64,000 nucleotides of DNA from positions 8,642,234-8,706,233 of the forward strand of contig OZ316894.1 in the NCBI GenBank assembly GCA_973895155.1, in the 5' to 3' direction. Shown here piece by piece: positions 52,801 through 61,095 of the stretch. Numbering within the stretch: the stretch's first letter is position 1; each line of letters starts with the position of its first letter. The DNA is from Marsupella aquatica (lineage: Eukaryota > Plantae > Marchantiophyta). Below the pieces are notes generated by a model. That model had not been told where the DNA came from, did no database searches, and saw only the letters and a list, made by a program, of their open reading frames with translations. The position numbers were made by a program, and so were the translations under genes.

Positions 52801-54687
52801 TCAAGTGTCCTCGTAGTCCTCAGGTGTTGAAAACTCAGCTCCAGGTATGTCATCTTCAAAATATACTCGTCTGTTACTCCGTCCTCTCCTGGAAGAACTT
52901 ATATCTATTGCTGCTTCTGTTATTGCCCTCTCATCTACCTCACCCAGAACATACTCTTCTTCGGCTACCGTTTTCCTTCCAAAACTAGGGATAAGGACTT
53001 GCCGACAACAACACAAGACAATGGCCACTTCGAAAAGAAACAAGCATACCCCGTTCCAGAGAAAAAAGAGCCATTTCCATCTGGTTATCATGGACCTCGG
53101 CCAAGGAAGAATTGCCTCCAGTCGTACAGCAGCTTCATAGATGTCAGGTACACCACCCTCATCAAGAACGTTAGCCTTCGGTTCAAGTAAGATTCTCACA
53201 CTTGCAGTTGGAATCGACTTTTCCTGGGCTTCAAGAAGACGGATCTCTATACTTTGTGCCTCCTTGGAAAGGCCGACCAGATGGGGAACTGCAAAAACAA
53301 GAGTTTTCACAAGTTGGATTGAGAAACTTCGATACCGAAGGCTGTAGGGTTTGCTCGACCGAAAAATCACTCGGTCTCGTGCAGAGACTAGCTCAGCTGT
53401 CACTTGGAACATGCCCAACTTCATGTTGTAATCTGACTCCGGCAGTGTCAAGAAAACTGTGACGCGAAAATTGCTTCCTTCCGGGATCACTCGGGTTTTT
53501 ACAACTTTGTCAAGAGGAAGGTTCTTTATTCTCTCAATCTCTTTAGCAGGGAAAAGAGGGACCAAGGCGACGGGTCTGGACTGCGTAAAATCGAAGTCCA
53601 AAGCCTGTCGTAATACGAGAGGCTTTTCCACCATACTATTGACGATAATTATGTCAACAAACAGTACTGGAATGAGTAGAAGACCCAGCATGAAGACGAC
53701 ATATACAATAACCACGCATCCCCAAAATGCTTTCTTTGATAGATTAACCACAGAGGAGCCTGCTTGTGAGATTCCATCTCCGATATTTGAAAACACTTCC
53801 AACACCTGATTAGCAGCGCCAAATGTCACACTGGTCACCGTGTCCTTAACTTCCACTGTCCGAGTTATGGGATGAGATAATGTGGAGAGAGTGAAATTGA
53901 CCAACCAAATACCAATGGCAAGCATATGAACTATGAGGTTTAACTGGGACTCGATTGCTCGCACAACAAACCCTGCAGGTTGAACAAGGACCTGAGGTGG
54001 AAGTTCTCGTCTATTATCTTCTCCTTCTGCTTCACTGCCAGGGATTCCGTAAACCCCACTTCTTTGTCTTGTCTGAGGGACAGAAGGTTTCCCATCTGAA
54101 TCGCTTGATGAAGCTACCTCCTCCCAATGACCCCTCCTCTGCCTGAGATCGTCTCCTCTCCACAAATTTACTCCATCATCAGCTTCCCTACTCGAAGCAG
54201 AGCTGACACTGTTATCGTCGTCTTCCAGTTCCGGGTAATACCTGAACCGAAACTCCGATTCTTTCTTCCTCCTCAAGACATTCGAACTATCAGCCTTTGA
54301 AACAGTGTCATCATCCTCATTTTGCAGCTGGCTCTCAACTTCCGTGTCCCCAAGTACTCCGGACAAGTAAACATTTTGGGGTTCAAAGGCGTCGGGCCTC
54401 TCAGCAATAGCTGCGATGTCAATGCTCTCTGAAAACCGGGAGACGTGGGCACCAACAAAGTTAACAACAGAATCAGTATCCAGCTGGCCATCAACTTCCG
54501 TGTCCCCTAGTACTCCGGACAATGAAACATTTTGGGGTTCAAAAGCGTCGGGCCTCTCAGCAATAGCTGCGATGTCAATGCTCTCTGAAAACCGGGAGAC
54601 GTGGGCACCAACAAAGTTAACAACAGAATCATCATCTTCCCTTCCCGTGGAAAGCGAGCGAGGATTCATCATCGTCATGTCAGCCAT
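52801..54687 (-). CDS. SEIPIN: Seipin (ER lipid-droplet biogenesis protein) with long N-terminal extension containing 52-aa tandem repeats, 628 aa, apparently single exon
   Basis: Two hydrophobic TM segments flank the luminal seipin domain (LDFDFTQSRPVA; VFLTLPESDYNMKLGMFQV; SSKPYSLRYRS; PDIYEA). WKWLFFLW precedes TM2. Confidence 0.95.
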   Translation of the reverse strand: MADMTMMNPRSLSTGREDDDSVVNFVGAHVSRFSESIDIAAIAERPDAFEPQNVSLSGVLGDTEVDGQLDTDSVVNFVGAHVSRFSESIDIAAIAERPDAFEPQNVYLSGVLGDTEVESQLQNEDDDTVSKADSSNVLRRKKESEFRFRYYPELEDDDNSVSSASSREADDGVNLWRGDDLRQRRGHWEEVASSSDSDGKPSVPQTRQRSGVYGIPGSEAEGEDNRRELPPQVLVQPAGFVVRAIESQLNLIVHMLAIGIWLVNFTLSTLSHPITRTVEVKDTVTSVTFGAANQVLEVFSNIGDGISQAGSSVVNLSKKAFWGCVVIVYVVFMLGLLLIPVLFVDIIIVNSMVEKPLVLRQALDFDFTQSRPVALVPLFPAKEIERIKNLPLDKVVKTRVIPEGSNFRVTVFLTLPESDYNMKLGMFQVTAELVSARDRVIFRSSKPYSLRYRSFSIQLVKTLVFAVPHLVGLSKEAQSIEIRLLEAQEKSIPTASVRILLEPKANVLDEGGVPDIYEAAVRLEAILPWPRSMITRWKWLFFLWNGVCLFLFEVAIVLCCCRQVLIPSFGRKTVAEEEYVLGEVDERAITEAAIDISSSRRGRSNRRVYFEDDIPGAEFSTPEDYEDT

Positions 54688-54865
54688 TGATACAGAATTA
54701 ACATCCTCGTTCTATAGCTGGCTCCCCACTTCCGTATTCCCCGATAGTCCACTCAGCATCAATTCGAGTTCAAAAGCTGCAGGCCTCTCAGCGATAGAAG
54801 CGACACCAATGCTTTCTGAAAACGGGGAGATGTGGGCACCAACAAAGCTAGCAACAGAGGCATAT
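54326..54865 (-). repeat. Three copies of a ~156-bp (52-codon) repeat at the seipin 5' end
   Basis: DSVVNFVGAHVSRFSESIDIAAIAERPDAFEPQNVxLSGVLGDTEVxxQL occurs twice in the CDS (period 156 bp). A diverged third copy at ~54715-54865 lies upstream of the ATG. Confidence 0.92.
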
Positions 54866-55312
54866 CTTTTCTTCGCTTTGAAGACGACGAGCAAGGTTCT
54901 CCTCCTCAGGGACGAAGCGACACGAAAGGGTTGGTTCCACTATCCTCTTCTAGTATTTCTGGCTCAGCAATGATAATTGAAGCAAGGCTGGTAGGACGCC
55001 CATGCGAGCCAACACAAAAGCAAAATCCGGTTGTGAGGGATGATCTTCTTTCGCACGGGACTTGGCCCATAATACTTATCCAATCACGCTCGATGCACAC
55101 TCGACTCGGTATTCCCCGTAAGACCAAGACTCCTCCGATCCTGCTACAAAACCACTCCTCGCCAACAAACCGATCCTTGCCCACCTCGCTCAACAGAATT
55201 TTCCCTCTGTGGCACCAAATTCGAGTTCATCCGAATTGTAAACAATGCTCAGCTCCAAAAAATTCAGAGCTCTATCTATCCAATGATGTTGCCTCCTGGG
55301 ACAGCTTCGAGC

Positions 55313-55550
55313 CATCTTGCATGTAAGAGGCCCCCTCTTTTGAGGCCCTGAGTTCTCCCTAATTTGAGGATGCTAGGTGTCACTGGCCCCAAATGTAGTG
55401 GCTCTGCCTGATTTGTTTGTGTTTAAAGTCATCTTGCATGTACTAGGCCCCTCAGCTACCCCTTTTTTCTAGGCCTTGAGTTCTCCCTAATTTGCTTATG
55501 CTAGGGTGTCATCGGGCCTAGTTTTTGTGGTCTTGTCTCATTTTGTTTGA
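55313..55550. repeat. ~117-bp diverged tandem duplication upstream of seipin
   Basis: catcttgcatgta..aggcccc..aggcc(c/t)tgagttctccctaatttg..tgctagg..tgtca occurs at 55313 and 55430. Confidence 0.75.
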
Positions 55551-56202
55551 TTCACAAGTCAATAACTCAATTATTTGAAAGTTTCCTGCCCTTGGTTCTG
55601 CACATATGGTTCTCCACTTTATGTGCAGTGAGGTCTGCCTGACTAGGAGATTGAGGCATAAAAATTCTCAGTCGTGTATGAATGTCATCTATTAGTAAGG
55701 GCCTGAAAATGAAGGTCTAACTATGGCTCTTATTCTCCTGTCTTCACAACTCAGCTGCACCTCCTGCTCAACAACAGTCTGTCCATTTGATTCTCACTCC
55801 ATTGAACACAGACAATAAGTATGCACGAGAACTAATGTTGGCGAAGAACAAAGGAACAAAGAAAGAAAAGGTCAACAAAGTCAAAGCCCCGTCCTATAGA
55901 CAGACCCAAGTAAATCATATCATACTCAGAAAACATAACCTCCTCAGACCAACAAAAAATATGAATAAAGATTTGTGATTTTCTCTTTCTAATTTTCAGG
56001 CACTTCTAAAGAAGAATGTCAAGACTTGGATCCTCCATATTTACTAAAATCAGTCAAATAAAAATCTCCTAGACTTTAAGTGTAGTAATCTGACTGTCTT
56101 GTCACCATAATTGCCCATATTTTTAGGGGCATGATGGCCCACAATGCCCTTTAACTTGGACTTTATTACATACTTAATATCTCAATACCCGTGCATTGCA
56201 CG

Positions 56203-56850
56203 ATGTTGTTAAGGAAAAAGAAATTGTGCCACCAAAGATGTCGTTATGTGAAAAATGTCATCAAGTTAAAAGATGTCATGGTGCGAAAGAGGTCATTATG
56301 TCAAAGATGTTGTCAAGTAAAAAGATGTTGTAGTTCCAAAGATGTTGTTATGTGAAAGATGTTGTCAAGTAAAAAGATGTCATGATGCCAAAGATGTCGC
56401 TATGTCAAAGACGTCAACAAGTAAAAAGATGTTGTTAATTACAAAATGGTTGATAAGTAAACAAATGTCGTTAGTAAAAGCTAGATGTTGTGAATCCTGG
56501 TGTAAACTAAACAATGTTGTTAAGTACAAAATGTTGTTAGAAAACAATGTTAGGTTAAGTAAAGAAGTCATTAATAAGTAAATGATGTACATTATTGTGT
56601 ATGTAAATGGTGATGTTTTTGCGCAAACATGTTGCCAACAAAACATGACACATTTGTGCCAAAGATACAACATTTATAGAAAAGTGAAAGAAAAACAAAG
56701 TGAAGATCAAAATTGTTGAACAGAATACACATGATGAGTTCAATCCCTAAGTGTTACACAAAAGATGTCTTTGTGTAAAACATGTTGTTGTATAAAAGGC
56801 ATTGTTAAATAAAAGATGTTGTTGAGCAAAAGACACTTTTTGATAAGAAC
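56203..56850. repeat. Degenerate minisatellite (~19-20-bp period, core aaaagatgttgt)
   Basis: Dozens of aaagatgt(t/c)(g/a)t cores at regular spacing. The ORFs called here are low-complexity artefacts. Confidence 0.85.
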
Positions 56851-58480
56851 ACAGTGACGGACCAAACGGGAAGTGTGACCACCCAACTAGAAGTGTGTTT
56901 TGGATTTTGCCAAAAATGGTGAAAATTCCCATAAATTTATCTGAAAAACATGAATTCTAGTAAGAATCCAAAATTGAATTCAACATCGGATTCCAACTCA
57001 AGATACTTTCTAACCAAAACTGGCAAATCTCTATAATTTGTAATTTCCTAACAGTTCATCTCTAAAATGAGTGAAAACTCTGAAATGCCTAAAACAATGA
57101 TTTCCAAGTCCTCTCTCTGAAAGCTTAATCAAGGTGTCTCAAATCACACCAAAAACAAAAAACGTCGATCGCCAATCATGTAGTGCAAAACAAAATGGGA
57201 TATCGCATATCCCACTTCGCATTCATTCAAAGAAAATCAATCAAAAACATGTTAAGTCAACCGTTTGGCGGACACATTTACCAGAAAGGGTAAATTGGAT
57301 TTGAATATTTACTAAGCGTAAAAACACCTACCACAAAACATTTCCTCCAAACCACGGTTGATCCTCACAGACAATTAAGTTAACCCAAGCGCATATTGGG
57401 TCCGAAATGCAATTTGAATACGAAGTTAGATCCAAGTATCCAAGCTGGTATTCAACCTCAAAATACTCAATTGCCACGCCGCGCGCCTAGAAATTGAGGT
57501 TTGAATACCAACAGGGATCCACAGATCCCATTTTTTTTAACAAGTCCAAAAACAACCCTCTCAAAACCACAGGTGAATACCAAATGGATTTCATTTTGTA
57601 TTCAACTTTAAAAATAATGTGTTAACTGGTACAAACAACTTGATATTGGGCTTTGAATTCCATATGAGATCCACGGATTCCATGTGGCCATCACCACCCA
57701 AAATTAGCACTTCCTATATCCATTCCCACAATATTTTGGGTCAAATACTAGCAACATGGGTCATGTTTTTTTAATATGTACGGACCAATCAAAGGACTCC
57801 AAGTGGACACCTTTCCAAAACTATATAAGCACAAGCTCACACATAAAAGTTTTTCTTCACTTTCGTGAACTCATTCAAAGGACTCGATTAGTGAGTATAA
57901 CAAAAACTGAGGATGAATACCAAATGGGAAATTGAGGATACCATTTGGTATTCACCTGCCAAAATTTGCCCTTGCCACACCTTGTATCTTGATATTGAGG
58001 TTTGATTACCAACACGGATCCACGGATCCTGTGCGGAACCTATCTTTTTTGTTTTTTTAGTAAACCGTCATTATTACCCTAATACGGTTAGGATAGCCAT
58101 AATATGTACTTAAGGTACCGCCGCCAAATGAAGGAAGGGAAAGCTGCATACACAGCCACGATAGGTACCGTACCTTTACCAAGTCATGAGTAAAGGGGCA
58201 ATCACGAGCACCACCAGAATAACACCGTAATTAAGATTGTTAGAATGAGCCGTTGGATCGAGGCACTTCATGATTACGAGACAACAACCGTCCCACCCTT
58301 CTGGACATCTGCGAACCAAAGAGGCTCCACATTTGAGCTTAAGGCAGGAAGGCGGGCTAGTTTACATCTCACAATGCATTAGAATACTCGACAAACCACC
58401 CTCCCCACGAGAACACTTGGCGATCACAAGCACCACCATCCACACACTCCTCACTTACATCGAGCAAAAATGGAAGAGGC

Positions 58481-59594
58481 ATGAGCACGGAGAGTAGAGG
58501 TTCCCCGACCAAGAACAAGAAGGGAGCCATGTCGGCCAAAGAGAAGATCTGCAACTCCATTACGGAGGTCCAACATATCGAGGAGAGTCGACCGATACTT
58601 GACAGAGCCAGGATTTACGGCTTGGTCCGAATGGAATGTTATCTATGATCAACATCTCAAGCAGGAGAAATCTGGTCACAAATCACTAAGGTAACAATGT
58701 CACCCGAGGGGATGTTTATTACGTACCGGGCAAAGATGTATACTTTCTCCAACCCAAAGCTATGCGCAATGTTTGATCTTCCCAGGGTAGGAGGACTGCC
58801 TCTCACGTACCAAGTAGACCCCCTCAAGGAAGCAGACGTAGCAAACTTCTTGCAACAGGCGAAGGTCCAGATAAGTAGGGAAAATATACAATATGGCGCC
58901 ATCCAGCAAGGAGTATCGCAACTTCATCAAGTTTTGCACCAAGTGGGTGATGGCTAAGAGCGAGTACCATCATGCCACACTACCAAGAATTGCTATCGCG
59001 AGGACCCTGTTTGTGGGATCCCTCCATCCGCTTCAATTATGGAAGGCAAGTGTATCCACTATGATCGACGCGAAAGGTTGATCTCACAATTGGAGGAGTA
59101 AGGCCGATGAGCTGCAAAGGGTAATTGAAGAGTTAGAGCAGAAAGTAGGAGAAGGAGAACAATTGGCACTCCGGTTGTCCGATCAGCTGGCTGCGCATGG
59201 GAAAAGGGCGGAAGAGCTCGTAGAGAAAGAGACTTCAGCCAGACTGGGGGCTTTGGAGTGTGAGGAGAAGCTCCAAGAAGTAAGGCAAGCCAATCATGAG
59301 CTACACGGACAATTAGAGGAGAAGCAAGCATACGTTGTTGCGTTAGAAGAAGAAGGAGAAAGAAGAGAGAAGAAGAGGAAGAGATGGCTACAGGAAGTAG
59401 CAAGTAAGGAGCTCGTCCAGCAATGTAGTAAGGTGGTCTAGATTCCGACAGACACTTACGAGGCCTGGGACCTAGAAGTGCAGAGCCTGCGGAATGAGGC
59501 TGCCACGGCAGCTAAGTTATTGAAAGATGCACTAGCAGATCCGGTGCACAAGAGGAGGCTGGAACAACTCAAGAAGGTGAGTGTAAACTCGTAG
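58481..59594 (+). pseudogene. Decayed ORF1 of the insertion: plant LTR-retrotransposon accessory-ORF-like domain followed by long coiled coil
   Basis: Stitched frames: MSTESRGSPTKNKKG...; GEIWSQI...ITYRAKMYTFSNPKLCAMFDLPRVGG (like the v.g..i.f....i...f.lp pattern of plant transposon accessory proteins); EYRNFIKFCTKWVMAK; then a Glu/Lys-rich heptad region (KADELQRVIEELEQKV...RLEQLKK). Several stops and frameshifts. Confidence 0.55.
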
Positions 59595-59718
59595 AAACTA
59601 TTCACGGGGCAGAAGATAACATCCCAAAATGCTATTGAAGTTGATGAAGCTATGGGGTTGGAAACCCTCTATGTGATTTTGGCCGCAACGGGGATTAACA
59701 AGAGGGCCATTTGTCCAG

Positions 59719-61095
59719 ATGATTGCGATCGGATTTGGTACGACATCTCGGTCCAGATCAGATTTATGCTTCCATTCTTTGAATGATCGAGAGCCATTGG
59801 GTTCACCCAACTCACTGACTTATATTTTAGATTGGGAGGAAGGGCCAACAATAGAGTCACGCAAATCTTTTTGTCTAAACTGGAGCGAGAGCACGCTGGC
59901 CATCCTCATTATGTGGCTCTCATGGTAGATGCAAATACTACGCATCCTAACTGTCCGGCACGGAAACTCCATTGGTTCTATAGTTTAGCAGTAGATAGGA
60001 AAGTCTTTGATTTAGTAGAAGTAGTGATGAAGTCCTAGGCGGCGAGAGAAATCCACACCAACTGTGGGAAGTATACTCTGCCCGGCCTAGTTACTTTTCT
60101 CCAAATGGCCGGATGGCACAACATAGAGAGAAATGGGACGAGTGTGATTTTCAATCCTTACTACACCTCCCATCTTATAGTAACCAATGAGTGGATTAGC
60201 TTCGTAGACCTCCTTGTCCTACCCCAATTCAGTCATATTGCCATGACTCATTTTTATTCACTCTAGGTAGATATCCAGTTGCAATGGCTTATGCGGGGAA
60301 CACTATCCAAACCGATGAGCTTCCCTTTGATCCAATTGATTTGAGTCTAGGTGTTTGGGAGAAGACATCCTTTTGGGAAAGGGTGACCCCTACGGAGAAT
60401 ATAATTAGATGGTTAGAGGCAAGTGTACATAATTATAGATTAGGAAATTACTTTGGACCTGCAATCTTCTGGACACCACACCAATTCTTCCGAGAGCTTG
60501 TAGACGACGATGGGTGTGGTCTACACATCGAGACCAACCCTATAGCTGTATATCATTCAATATGGCAGCATGATCCCCGGGTTAGGATGCGACTGCCCCA
60601 GCATGAGGCCAACCCACCATTAAGTTTTTTGGCTTAATTCCGGCAGTGGATAAATGGCCTTACAAATCGATATCCTTTCGGGCGTTCATTTGTGGACCCC
60701 CGCTACTTCCGGTGGTACTATTTTGTGCGTTCTTTGATTGAGGTAGTGGATCGATCCGGACAAGCAAACGAAGTCGACGTGGATCTTAATGGCGAGATGA
60801 AGTATAAAGGAATGATTAAATGTGGAAGTTGTTTAGCTAGGCGGGGCCAGCAGCCGCGTGGATGTACAATTTGTTAATAAACGCCAAGTTCTTGAAGGGG
60901 GAGGACCCCCTAATTAGATGCAGAGGACCACCAGTGCCAACTCGGGCGTACCTCATGGTATACCAGCCTAATCCTGACACCGTGGATGATAAAATTGAGT
61001 TTGAGGATGAATGGGGTCCTAACACTTATGAAGAATACCACAATTGGTGGGTGGTCACGGTGAGACGCCGAGGGAATGGGAGGAACAACGCTTGA
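59719..61095 (+). pseudogene. Decayed ORF2/ORF3 of the insertion, unknown family, Trp/Tyr-rich with a CxxC-x10-CxxC motif
   Basis: Consecutive plus-strand ORF fragments (59719, 59832, 60284, 60692, 60862) join across single stops or frameshifts into protein-like sequence. CGSCLARRGQQPRGCTIC lies at ~60821-60874. Confidence 0.45.

Noticed and set aside
6566-54687. UGT + HAD hydrolase + lipase + seipin as a lipid or biosynthetic gene cluster
   Set aside because: No scaffold-forming enzyme. The genes are widely conserved types with different predicted compartments and are separated by TEs and sacsin, so chance adjacency suffices without co-expression data.
54712-54714. U-to-C RNA editing restoring the seipin upstream TAG to CAG
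   Set aside because: Plant U-to-C editing is known only for organellar transcripts, and this is a nuclear gene.
52764-55326. Plus-strand ORFs over seipin, including the 185-aa repeat-containing ORF 54416-54973
   Set aside because: Antisense reading of the seipin CDS and its repeats.
56203-56850. Regular repeat array as CRISPR-like, or ORFs 56342-56932 as genes
   Set aside because: Degenerate minisatellite with no unique spacers and no cas genes, in a eukaryotic context. The ORFs are repeat translations.
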